Of a stretch of DNA of 36,910 nucleotides, positions 7,016-16,443 are shown piece by piece; positions within the stretch are counted from its first letter, which is position 1, and each line of letters starts with the position of its first letter. Under the pieces are notes generated by a model. The model was not told the DNA's origin and searched no databases. It saw only the letters and a program-made list of their open reading frames with translations. Location of the stretch: the IMG/VR virus record IMGVR_UViG_3300005405_000004, positions 1-36,910 of that record, one strand, 5' to 3'. The position numbers were made by a program, and so were the translations under genes. This DNA comes from a virus. Lineage: Duplodnaviria > Caudoviricetes.

Positions 7016-8182
7016 CTAGCTTAAAGAGTACGCTGGGGAAAGATATTTGTCGCGGTATATTTTACCCCACGTTGTCCATGTGCCGTCTTGCCGCCTCATT
7101 GTATTGTCATCGTGCCTTGAAAGGCCGGGTATATATGCATACCAAAGGTGTCCAATCACTCCATTTAGTGAGGAATCTTTGGTCCTGGCATCACACCATG
7201 TCAAGAAATTATTTACGAAACCCTGCATCTGCGCCCAGGCCACAAGATCGACAGACGGCATTGATGCATCAATGTTCGGGTCATATCTGCCGCTAAAGTT
7301 GTCTATGCCGACCTCACCAATCATTAGCGCAAACGTAGTGCGGAATTGCCACCAGTGCTGCACCGCGTTATACCACTGATCAGTGGTAAAATCGTCCTGC
7401 CCAGCCATAGGGTATATGTGCGGCTGAACTATTAGATTTTTTTCAGCCACAAAAACTGGGTCCGTGTTTAGAAGCTGATATGCAAGATCAACGCGCTCGC
7501 CCCACCCAGGAGCGTCTACGCATATTGGGTTCATATATTTCGTCCCGGTGGGTTGACCGGGTATGTTTTCGCGGAGCGCGAGGACGTAGGTCTTCATCTC
7601 TTCGCCCCATACGGCACTATCATAAACGGAAGCCGTGGTGCCGTTAATCTCATTCTGTGGATTTATCCAAACATTTGGCTTGTCCCAATACCTATCCGCA
7701 AGTTGTCGCAAAAATGCGACATGGTTTTGCGTAGAGTTCGCGTCCCCTTGGTTCTGGAGTTGGACAACGATGTCAAACGTTGCTGCGGTGTCTATGATGT
7801 CGTCAAGCATATCGAGGTCGGACGGGTATGACTGGCCGTCCACCGGGTCGGTGTACGAAACACTAGCATAGAAAACAGCAGGCTCCACGTCTACACGTAT
7901 TAGATTAACTCCGCATCGCCATGCCTCAGAGAGTTGTGCCATGACGTTATCGTGGCTGATATATTGTATACGGGCGTGTCCGGTTGGCTCAGAAACACCG
8001 GACGCAGCGCCCTTTGTCGGGTCATTATATACCTGTCTGAAGTTTTGATTTGTGCGGACCTCATTGGATACGAACAAATACGGGAACATTTGTACTCCAC
8101 GGGCTATGAATCTGCCATGAGGCCCGCGTATCGTTCTGTTCTGTTGCACCTGATATGTTGCGCGCATACTATGCTCCTGCAT
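7016..8182 (-). CDS. Glycoside hydrolase family 5 (clan GH-A, cellulase-like) protein
   Basis: GVNLIRV, NPQNEIN (acid/base), PHIY, LMIGEVG (nucleophile) and GHLW; alternative start at 8167. Confidence 0.75.
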   Translation of the reverse strand: MQEHSMRATYQVQQNRTIRGPHGRFIARGVQMFPYLFVSNEVRTNQNFRQVYNDPTKGAASGVSEPTGHARIQYISHDNVMAQLSEAWRCGVNLIRVDVEPAVFYASVSYTDPVDGQSYPSDLDMLDDIIDTAATFDIVVQLQNQGDANSTQNHVAFLRQLADRYWDKPNVWINPQNEINGTTASVYDSAVWGEEMKTYVLALRENIPGQPTGTKYMNPICVDAPGWGERVDLAYQLLNTDPVFVAEKNLIVQPHIYPMAGQDDFTTDQWYNAVQHWWQFRTTFALMIGEVGIDNFSGRYDPNIDASMPSVDLVAWAQMQGFVNNFLTWCDARTKDSSLNGVIGHLWYAYIPGLSRHDDNTMRRQDGTWTTWGKIYRDKYLSPAYSLS

Positions 8183-8354
8183 CGTTTGGTTTTTCTATTG
8201 CGTTCCCTGTGTTTATCCATTTCTGCACGTCATCGCGATCAACCGTGCATGACTCCATTTGTCCGTTGTCGGATATACGGTAAACACGTCGCGGCTCTTC
8301 TTGCCCGAAAAAGGTCACATGGTCTAACTCCGTCATCGTATATTTCCAATCCAT
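8169..8354 (-). CDS. Small tail-fibre-associated protein (possible chaperone)
   Basis: GGAGG RBS; VQKWINTGNAI C-terminus; position after the fibre. Confidence 0.65.
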   Translation of the reverse strand: MDWKYTMTELDHVTFFGQEEPRRVYRISDNGQMESCTVDRDDVQKWINTGNAIEKPNDAGA

Positions 8355-8364
8355 GACAACCCTC

Positions 8365-9930
8365 CTAAAGTTCTGCACCAGTGCAGGTTATTTTTGCAGA
8401 CGTGCTAACCGCTCTGAGTATTGTCGAGTGTCCAGCAGTCAATCCGCTGGCAACAGTTGCCACAAGAGTGACGTTGTTCAAGCACCTGTCGTTTAGGGTC
8501 AGGGTAGATAGCGCCAACGGGGTAGCCGATGCGTTAAGTGTATTGAAATGTGCAACGTCCGACACGGTTATTCCCGTTGGAGTAATTCGCGGAGTAACCT
8601 TAAAGGCGAGTGGCGTGATGGCCGCTGTCGCGCTGTAGCACTGTCCGGTAGCCACATGTGCGTTAACCAAGAAATCCGTGAACACCGGTAGCATTCGTCG
8701 GCACAAATCAAGTACGCTCCCAATGCTAAGCCATTCAAACTCAGTCGGCACAGTGCCGTTTTCAAGCTGCACAAGTCCAAGAGTTCCATTGTCAAACTCT
8801 ACCGCCACGGACTCCCCAACCGTCGCAGTAATGAGTATCGGGCTGTCGGCGTATGCTCCCGAAGGCTCCGCATTGTTAACCCCGTATCTTCCACGTGCCG
8901 TGCCCGTCCAGGAGAGCACCATTTGTGCTTGGTCAATGGCCTGGGCCTCCGTTTTGCTGATAAGCGTTCCAGATGTGATAGTGATTGTCGTTGGTCCGCT
9001 GGATTGCGTGAATGTGTACGTACATCCGCCAGCGCCAGCGCGCCAGCCGTCGTGGCCGTATCCGACCCCAGTAGATGGAACACCCTGGGCAAGGGCTGTG
9101 TTGCTCACGTAAACACGCTGATTGACGCGGAATGCTCCGTTCAGCAGCTTATTTTTTGTGCCACCAAGTAGCCCAAGTGCGGAACGCGCTGCGGCGGGGG
9201 TAGCTCCACTCGTCCCCCCCTGCGCCACGGAAAGCGGCGTGGTGAGACCAGACAGTGAAGTTATGTTAGAGTTCGCACCAGATGCTGCGGCGGCTATATC
9301 TGAACGCACCTCGCTAGGCGTTCTAAACTCAAGAGTTGTCTCCCCCACCTTCACGCGCGGGATACTGCCCGCCTCTCCTACAATAGTGTCAAACGCGGGA
9401 GTTGCATCACGCGCCGCCTCGGCCTGCGTCTTCGCTGTCGCGGCAAGCCCGGCCTGCGTGGTAGCCGTGGCCGCAGACGCTGCGGCGGACAAAACGTCTG
9501 CCGCCAACTCGTCAAGTAGGTCATCTGGGTCCGTAGTGCTCGAAATGTCTACCTTGACGGCCCGATCAACTTGCTCCTGTAGGCTTTGGCAAATCATCGT
9601 CAGCAGATCGAGCGCGCCTTCGTGCGTCTCCGCAGGGAATGCAGAATTTTCGACATAATCCACTTCCTGAGTGATTCCTGGGACGCGAGCAATAACCAGA
9701 GATTCCCCAACCGCCAGCGCCGTAACCAGCGTTAGCGCCCCGCCCGATGCCTCGCCAGCGCCAGTGAGTGTGTAGTGGGTTGTCAGCGTCAGGACAGTCT
9801 CGACACCTGCGCTGCTGCGCTTCGTAGCGACGATATCCGCGTTCTTCGCAAACTTAAAGGTGATGGAGAATGGTCCCGTGGAGCCGCTCCCGTTGTAAGA
9901 AACCTTTGACGTGGTGCTGGCTATGGTCAC
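8365..9930 (-). CDS. Tail fibre protein
   Basis: T7 gp17-like N-terminus (SYNGSGSTGPFSITF...HEGALDLLTMICQ), GANSNITSLSGLTTPLSVAQGGT and KNKLLNGAFRVNQR motifs. Confidence 0.9.
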   Translation of the reverse strand: MTIASTTSKVSYNGSGSTGPFSITFKFAKNADIVATKRSSAGVETVLTLTTHYTLTGAGEASGGALTLVTALAVGESLVIARVPGITQEVDYVENSAFPAETHEGALDLLTMICQSLQEQVDRAVKVDISSTTDPDDLLDELAADVLSAAASAATATTQAGLAATAKTQAEAARDATPAFDTIVGEAGSIPRVKVGETTLEFRTPSEVRSDIAAAASGANSNITSLSGLTTPLSVAQGGTSGATPAAARSALGLLGGTKNKLLNGAFRVNQRVYVSNTALAQGVPSTGVGYGHDGWRAGAGGCTYTFTQSSGPTTITITSGTLISKTEAQAIDQAQMVLSWTGTARGRYGVNNAEPSGAYADSPILITATVGESVAVEFDNGTLGLVQLENGTVPTEFEWLSIGSVLDLCRRMLPVFTDFLVNAHVATGQCYSATAAITPLAFKVTPRITPTGITVSDVAHFNTLNASATPLALSTLTLNDRCLNNVTLVATVASGLTAGHSTILRAVSTSAKITCTGAEL

Positions 9931-12900
9931 TGCTGGGCCTCCTGCTTCATCTTTGTTTGTAACTTCTCAATTTCAATGCGCTCGGCAATGCCACCGGGGA
10001 CGCCCTGTGATCTTGTGACGAGTTCGTATCTAGCCTGTTCGCGGAAGTCTCCGAACACCTCGCGGATCATATTTGATTTGATGCCGTCAGGACCGCCGCT
10101 AGCCGCCGTGAATGTCTCGGACGCCACTACGTTTTGCAGCGCTTCCACAAGCCCCAGGTCACGCGGCAACATTTGGAATGTGTCGTACTCTTCCGGGGTC
10201 AGCTCGACCTTGACGCCCTCCCAGTGCAGCACCTTGCCCGGCCTGGGGATTGGAACATTGTTTTCCATGATAGCCTTATCAATGGCGTACGTCGGACTGT
10301 TCTCGGCATTCTTAATCTCCGACTTGCGCACCGGGTCCAGCGTGTTGGTCAGCCACACCTCACCCATTGTCACCACTTCTCCGTAGCGATTGCGGCGCGG
10401 GTACAGGTCGCCAGAGTAACCAGGGAGCGCATTCTTGAGCGCGTCCGTCACCGTCCACACTTCGCGCACGTTCGGATCAACGTCGCGACGAATAGCCTTG
10501 ACCGGGGACGGAATGAACGAGGCCGCGAACTGTTGCGCGTACCTGTCTCCGTAGCGGTCAGGGTCTTGCAGCACGTCAATCATGCCAGCCAGGCCCTGCA
10601 TAAATGTCTTGCTTGTAACGGCCTGCGAGAACGCGCCCGCAACCATTGTGGCCGCGTTGTTGCGCTCGTTGTCTTCTAAGTAGTCATCGAACAGCGCGAT
10701 ATCAGCGGCAGCGCCAATGATCATGCTAAACGGTTCCATAGACTGGTACGACATCCACTTGTCGCCCACCTTGACGCTGTAGGGCTGCCAGCCGACAGCC
10801 TTCATGTTTTCTTTCTGTTTCGGGTCGGACGGCCCGCCGCCAGTGATGAGGCCAGCGGACGCCGCCTGTGCGGCCATGAACCCTAGCGTGCTGCCAAGGG
10901 CGATACGGGAAATCGCCATGTCACGCGCTGCGCCGCCGTTGATAAGGTCTTGCTGAACGCTTGGCATGAATGGCGCAAACGGGCTGCGCTTCATGCCATA
11001 GCTGACGATGTTCGCCGGGGTGCGGAAGAACGGGACGGCCAAGCGGAAAAGCTTTCCGGTGGGCACGTCGTAGGTCTTGCCGCTCTTCAACGTCACGGTC
11101 TTGTCCGTGCCAAGCGCCCCCTGCAACTTGGTGAGCCCTTCGCCAAGTGCGTTGGTAAACGTCGAGTAGTGCGCGAAGTCCATCGCCTGCATCTGCATAT
11201 CCCAGGGGGGATTCGTCACAAGCGCCTGTATCCTGTCCGCGAACTCCTGGCCCTTCAGCCCCTCGGCAGACGCGGCCCGGTGTGCCCTGGCGTTAAGCTC
11301 CATGCTGTAGCCTACGGCCTTGAAGAAATCGTCCTCGGCACCTAGCAGCATGTTGCCTGTGCGCAGGCGCTCCGCCGTAAAGTCGATCATCTTGCCGAAT
11401 GCGCTTTCGGAATCAACGCCCATATTTTCGGCAGTAATAGCGCGGCGCGTAGTTTCCAGCTTGCCCAGAGGGTCGGTGCTTTCGCCCGTACGCACGGCGC
11501 GCGCAAAGGCCGTTGCGCCAGCGCGCAAGCCCTCGATACCCCCGTACATCATCGCCAGCGTCTCGCCAGCCTCAACGCGGTCTATGGCCCCCTTGCTGAA
11601 GAGGCCGCGCACGGCCCCCATGCCCTCAGCTACGGCGCGCTCCGGTATTTGCGACATTAGTGCGATTGAGTTTCCTAGAGTGTTCTTAATGTGCGTTGCC
11701 GGGTTCGCCAGCATTGCCATGTAGCGAGCTTCAAGGATCATGTCGAAGGTGCTGGCCTTCTCGATCTTACGGGCAAAGCGCGCAATCTCTTCAATGTCCA
11801 GTTTGCCGTCTGCGTTCAGGCGCGACATATCAAGAATGGAATCCATGATAGCGTCGGCGTTCCTATCGCCGCCATGCTTGCGCGCAAGGTCTGCAAAGGC
11901 CGTGCTGATAAGCTGCGTGCGTACGTCGCCCACCGGACGCCCCATAATGTTGAGCGCGCGCCCGGCTTCAGCAGCCATGCCGTCACGCGCGGCAGTTACG
12001 GCAGAGAATACGCCCCAGGCCTTGGCCGCTGCGTCTTTGTCTGCCTGTTCTCCCGTCTGCTTTGCGCGGGCGATGAGGCCCGCAGTCTGCGCCGCAAACT
12101 CGGCCTGCAACTGGCGAGCGGCAAGCAACTGCTCTGCGTTTCCGGCCTGGCCTTCCTTGCGAAACAGCAAATCGCTCACGCGTGTTTCACTTTCTCGCGC
12201 GGCCTTGTCCGTTTCTTCCCACGTCCTCACGCCGCGCGTAGCCTGCTCAAATGCGCCTGTCTCGCGGTTGTGCCGCGAAACATCGTTAATGAGCTTGAGC
12301 ACATCCTCCGTGCTATTGATGCGCTGCAAGTTGGTGTTGCCGCCCTCGGCATACTTCTGGTCAAGTTTAGGCGCAGGTGTCGGGTCGTAAATGATGTCAT
12401 CAATGGGGCGGACCTGCATCCGCTCTGACGTCTTATACGCGGCCTGTGTCCCGTCCATAGCCTCCGGTGCTTCCCCCGCTGCCTTCGCGCCAGGAACGCC
12501 CTTAATAGCGTCCACAAAGCCCTCCCAGCGCGACTTTGCATTATCGACAGCCTTGGACCACGCGGCGCGCATGGGTGCCTTTGTGGCGGCTACACGGTCA
12601 GCGAAGAAATTGTCTGTCGCACCCTTGGCGTAGAATTCGGCCTCGGACATCACAGGTTCGCCCTCGGCAATGCCGCCCTTATAGGCGTCGTATGCGCGAG
12701 AAATTGCGCGCTTCTCGGATGCGGGCAAGCGTTCATGGTCCCGGTGCATCCACTCCTCTACGAGAGTGCCGGGGTTCGCCCCCTGGTAGAGCTCGATGGC
12801 GGTCTTGTACTCCTGCGGGCCGACCTGGCGCGTGGTGGTCTTTCCGGTGATGACGTAATCTACGCCGTCAGCCGGGGCTATGCCTTGTTCCGCAAGAATC

Positions 12901-13973
12901 CAATCGTCAACGCCGCGCTTGATAAGGTTCACCTTGTCAATGACGGCCATACTGGTATCATTCAGGGCGGTGCCGCCGCGCATCAGGTCTGCGGTGTAGA
13001 ACTCTTTCGCCAAGTCCTTGGTCAGCGGGTCAATGCGGCCCTCATCAAGGGCCTTGTAGATTTCGTTGCCCTGCTTCGAAGTTTCGAACCACGTTTCCGG
13101 GTTCACGCGCTGCCGCATCCCGGTCTTGTTCCCAGGCCCGAACCCACCGGAAAGCATCATGCCCAGGCCCACGCCCGCAGCTTCGGCAGTCTCGCTAGCG
13201 TTCACTGTCCCGGTGCGGCCCAACTGGTCGGCAACGCTCTCCCCGGTCATGTAAGCTGTGCCCGCCCCGATACGTGCGGGTGCGTCGAGCGTGTGCGCAG
13301 ACTTGAACACAGCGCCAGCTGCAGCGCGACGGCCAGCGGAATAGAGCGCGTCTGCAAGATTCTCGTCTTGCGCATAGCCCTTGAGGCCAGCCCACACCGG
13401 ACCCATTGAAAACTCAGTGAGCGCAGGGCCGGAGCCGAGCACGCCGCCCACCACGCGGGTCATGTAGTCGTCAACGCTCACCTTGCTATGGTAGTGCTCG
13501 GCCCAATACTCGCTTGAACGCTTGAGGTAGTCGAATACCTCTGGCTTACCCATGCCCGCCTTACGCGACACGATGCCCGCCAGGCTATCAAGGGTGCCGT
13601 AGAAGTCCGCAGCCCCGGCATACGTGTTTCCGAGTGCCTGCGCTCCCTGGCTCTTTGCGGCCTGCGCAGAACTCTCTACAAGGCCAGCCTGCGATGGGTC
13701 GTAGGATTCCTGCGCCGTGGGTGCCGCCTTCGCCTTCTGCGTCTCCTGGGGCGTGCTGGCGCGAATGGCGACGGGCTCCTTCGGTGCTTCAGGCATCTTG
13801 CCCAGGTCGCCAGTGGGGGACATGACGGACGGCGTTTCCGGGCCGATGATGCCAGCGGTACGGGCAGCGTCACGCATCTTGTCCAGAATACCGCGCGCGG
13901 CGTCGTTCGTCGGGGAAGCCTCAAGCTCCGCGTCGGCCCGGTACTCCTGGTACTTGTAAAGCAGCTTATCCAT
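9927..13973 (-). CDS. Large internal virion/DNA ejection protein (polyvalent-protein-like)
   Basis: About 1350 aa, Ala-rich and helical, last gene before the fibre; PFFRTPANI and GWQPYSVKVGDKWMSY motifs. Confidence 0.8.
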   Translation of the reverse strand: MDKLLYKYQEYRADAELEASPTNDAARGILDKMRDAARTAGIIGPETPSVMSPTGDLGKMPEAPKEPVAIRASTPQETQKAKAAPTAQESYDPSQAGLVESSAQAAKSQGAQALGNTYAGAADFYGTLDSLAGIVSRKAGMGKPEVFDYLKRSSEYWAEHYHSKVSVDDYMTRVVGGVLGSGPALTEFSMGPVWAGLKGYAQDENLADALYSAGRRAAAGAVFKSAHTLDAPARIGAGTAYMTGESVADQLGRTGTVNASETAEAAGVGLGMMLSGGFGPGNKTGMRQRVNPETWFETSKQGNEIYKALDEGRIDPLTKDLAKEFYTADLMRGGTALNDTSMAVIDKVNLIKRGVDDWILAEQGIAPADGVDYVITGKTTTRQVGPQEYKTAIELYQGANPGTLVEEWMHRDHERLPASEKRAISRAYDAYKGGIAEGEPVMSEAEFYAKGATDNFFADRVAATKAPMRAAWSKAVDNAKSRWEGFVDAIKGVPGAKAAGEAPEAMDGTQAAYKTSERMQVRPIDDIIYDPTPAPKLDQKYAEGGNTNLQRINSTEDVLKLINDVSRHNRETGAFEQATRGVRTWEETDKAARESETRVSDLLFRKEGQAGNAEQLLAARQLQAEFAAQTAGLIARAKQTGEQADKDAAAKAWGVFSAVTAARDGMAAEAGRALNIMGRPVGDVRTQLISTAFADLARKHGGDRNADAIMDSILDMSRLNADGKLDIEEIARFARKIEKASTFDMILEARYMAMLANPATHIKNTLGNSIALMSQIPERAVAEGMGAVRGLFSKGAIDRVEAGETLAMMYGGIEGLRAGATAFARAVRTGESTDPLGKLETTRRAITAENMGVDSESAFGKMIDFTAERLRTGNMLLGAEDDFFKAVGYSMELNARAHRAASAEGLKGQEFADRIQALVTNPPWDMQMQAMDFAHYSTFTNALGEGLTKLQGALGTDKTVTLKSGKTYDVPTGKLFRLAVPFFRTPANIVSYGMKRSPFAPFMPSVQQDLINGGAARDMAISRIALGSTLGFMAAQAASAGLITGGGPSDPKQKENMKAVGWQPYSVKVGDKWMSYQSMEPFSMIIGAAADIALFDDYLEDNERNNAATMVAGAFSQAVTSKTFMQGLAGMIDVLQDPDRYGDRYAQQFAASFIPSPVKAIRRDVDPNVREVWTVTDALKNALPGYSGDLYPRRNRYGEVVTMGEVWLTNTLDPVRKSEIKNAENSPTYAIDKAIMENNVPIPRPGKVLHWEGVKVELTPEEYDTFQMLPRDLGLVEALQNVVASETFTAASGGPDGIKSNMIREVFGDFREQARYELVTRSQGVPGGIAERIEIEKLQTKMKQEAQQ

Positions 13974-13980
13974 GCAGCAC

Positions 13981-15336
13981 CTATTTCTTTGTCTGGTTGG
14001 CAACCCACTGGCGGGCGGCGGCTATAAGTGTTCGTCCTGGATCGTCCTTAAGGTCCCCGCTCTTGATGCGCTTCAATATTGACTCTTCGTACTTTATCAA
14101 ATTCTCTTGTGTGGGTGGGCCGCTGAACCCATGTGGGGCATTCGTCTTGGACGTACGTGCACGGCGGACCTCCTCTGCGGCCTTCAATGGATCTTCCCCG
14201 GACTGCACTCTGCGCTGAAGGTCAAGTAAGTCCTCCTGTTCTTTCACCTTGTATTTCTGGTCATACTTGCGCGTCATCTCCGGGTAAGCACCCTTGACTA
14301 AATCCTTTGCCGCCTTGGTCTGCGGTGTAGCGTCAAGCGGGTCAGGGCGAGACTCAACGGCCCGGATAGTTTCCGGGGTGGAATACGGGCTGCTCAACAC
14401 GCGCTGTCGGTGCGCTTCCCACTCTTCCGGTGTGGCCGTACGCTGAAGCCGCGCCGTGCGCTCCTGAAGGTCGCGGTTCAATTGCGCCTTGCCTTCTGTT
14501 TCGCGCTTCTCCGCAATGCGGACGGCCTCGCGTGTGCGCTCCGCAAAAATGGTCTGCGTCATGCGCTCAAGCGCGGCTATGCCGTCCTTTCCCACAAGGC
14601 GCTTCCAGGTATTGCCCTGTGAGTCAATGGGCATATCTTTCTGCCATTGCTCGTAGGCGTCGCGCCAGTTTGGCTTGAGCAAATCGCCCCGGAAGACATC
14701 GCCATAGAATTGCTGGCGGTCCTTCACCTTGCGAACTTCGGCGTCAATGGGCGAAAGCAGGCCAGCGGCCACCTGTGCGTCAACTAGTTTATACTGGTCC
14801 AAAAGATACTGTTCGCGCTCAGTGTTGTTCGTGGTCTGCATCCCCAGGGCCACCTTGTCCGCGAGGCTGCTATCCATCGTCAGCCCGGCGCGCTTCTCTA
14901 CGGCTTTGTATACCGATTCACGCACCTTGATGTTGAATGTCTCTTCATGCTGTGCAAAGTAATCTTGGAGCGGCTTAGCAGCACCGCCCGTCACGTCCTT
15001 CATGGTGTCGTATTTTATCTTGGAGTGCAATTCACCCCAGCGGGACATATCGTCCATCGGGTTGCTGCCGTCAACGGAGTTAGAGAAAGTCGCGAGGGCT
15101 TCCCCTACGCGCTTGCCGTACTCCGCGCGCTTCTGCGCCACTGTGTTGAGGTCCGCCGCCTTCTGCAAGCCGTCAAGGAACTTTGTCCCGCCTTCTGCGA
15201 GGGCCGCGAGGCCTTGCCAGCCAGCGCCAGCGGACCCTACATCCATGCGCACAGGGCCACCGGGGCCGCTCACCTGGGGCGCGCCGACCCCCGGCGTCAT
15301 CTCTTGGTACTGCGTGCCGCCGCTGTTACGCGCCAT
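13981..15336 (-). CDS. Internal virion/ejection protein (T7 gp15 position)
   Basis: Synteny; helical charged composition; start inferred at MARNSGG. Confidence 0.7.
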   Translation of the reverse strand: MARNSGGTQYQEMTPGVGAPQVSGPGGPVRMDVGSAGAGWQGLAALAEGGTKFLDGLQKAADLNTVAQKRAEYGKRVGEALATFSNSVDGSNPMDDMSRWGELHSKIKYDTMKDVTGGAAKPLQDYFAQHEETFNIKVRESVYKAVEKRAGLTMDSSLADKVALGMQTTNNTEREQYLLDQYKLVDAQVAAGLLSPIDAEVRKVKDRQQFYGDVFRGDLLKPNWRDAYEQWQKDMPIDSQGNTWKRLVGKDGIAALERMTQTIFAERTREAVRIAEKRETEGKAQLNRDLQERTARLQRTATPEEWEAHRQRVLSSPYSTPETIRAVESRPDPLDATPQTKAAKDLVKGAYPEMTRKYDQKYKVKEQEDLLDLQRRVQSGEDPLKAAEEVRRARTSKTNAPHGFSGPPTQENLIKYEESILKRIKSGDLKDDPGRTLIAAARQWVANQTKK

Positions 15337-15991
15337 AGATGCTACCCCCGTACTTCTTCGCCCCAGCGGCCAGGAGTGTGCCGCCAGCCGATAAAGCACC
15401 GCTTGTGCGCGCCGTGGTGCCCATGTACGAGTCAAGCGCAGATTGTGTGCGAAGCTTCGCCGCCTGTTGCGCCGCGCTGTAATACACGTTCTCCACTTCC
15501 ATCGCGCCCGTCTGCTGCATCTGCGTCAGGTTAAATTCGTCCTGCCATGCCGCACCGGATTCAACGGCTATCGGACTACCAGCAAGAGTTACGCCAGACG
15601 TGCCCTGTGCTACCGCGCGCCGCGCCTTGGCCTGCTGCTGCGCCTTGGAAAGCTGCTCCGCCTCGATCTTGTTCTTGCGCTCAAGGGCAAAGGCGTTGCG
15701 GGCCGCTGCGTCCTCGGTGGCGAGTGCCGCACGCGAAGCTGCGTCCGCATTATAGTCTGAAGCGTTGCCTTGGGCCAGCCCTCCGAAGAGTGTAGACCCG
15801 GCAGAGAGAATGCTCCCAGCCGTAGAAAGCCCCGACATGGTAACAAGCCCACCGGACCCAATCAGGCCAGCAGTACCAGCGGAAGCATAGCCAGTTGTCG
15901 CTGCGATTCCAGCAGAAGCTAGCCCCTCTGAAGCAGCAACGCCCCAGCCCGCCTCACCAAGGGCCATCGCTCCTAATTCGAGTCCGCTCAT
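15326..15991 (-). CDS. Internal virion protein (T7 gp14 position)
   Basis: Gly/Ala-rich hydrophobic ends, coiled core and SGVTLAGSP motif. Confidence 0.8.
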   Translation of the reverse strand: MSGLELGAMALGEAGWGVAASEGLASAGIAATTGYASAGTAGLIGSGGLVTMSGLSTAGSILSAGSTLFGGLAQGNASDYNADAASRAALATEDAAARNAFALERKNKIEAEQLSKAQQQAKARRAVAQGTSGVTLAGSPIAVESGAAWQDEFNLTQMQQTGAMEVENVYYSAAQQAAKLRTQSALDSYMGTTARTSGALSAGGTLLAAGAKKYGGSIYGA

Positions 15992-16443
15992 TTCCAGACC
16001 CTCCCGAAGTGTATAAAGTCCTCGCCGCCGGGGCCGTAGCCGGGCGCGTAGCCCTCAATGTCAAACCCAAGTGCCTTGGCCCACGCAATGGCGGCGGTGA
16101 AGTTGACGCTTACGTGCGCGCCTATGCGGTGATAGCCTTGATTCCTGTGCAGCCATTCCAGCCCGCGCCGGGTAATGGACGTGAAAAGCTTCGGGCACTC
16201 GGTAACAAGCGGGCTCGTCAGCACCCACCCTTCGCCCACGCCCTCCCATAGGGCACGCACGCCGATGCAGGCCACGATCTCGCGGCCCTTAAAAATGCTG
16301 ATACCCGTATGACGGTCTTGTGGGCCACGCGGCGACTTCACATCAAACGTACGCTGCTCAATCATGGCGGCATGGTGTCGGCAGAAACGACGCACTGTGT
16401 ACTTGCCCCAGCGGCCAAGAATGCGGCGCTCCGTGCTACTCAT
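15988..16443 (-). CDS. GNAT-fold acetyltransferase-like protein (T7 gp13 position)
   Basis: LWEGVGEGW, AIAWAKALGFDIEG and YGPGGEDF motifs; follows tail tubular B. Confidence 0.8.
   Translation of the reverse strand: MSSTERRILGRWGKYTVRRFCRHHAAMIEQRTFDVKSPRGPQDRHTGISIFKGREIVACIGVRALWEGVGEGWVLTSPLVTECPKLFTSITRRGLEWLHRNQGYHRIGAHVSVNFTAAIAWAKALGFDIEGYAPGYGPGGEDFIHFGRVWK

Noticed and set aside
8365-9930. BPP-1-like diversity-generating retroelement acting on the tail fibre
   Set aside because: No reverse transcriptase ORF and no second copy of the fibre 3' end was seen
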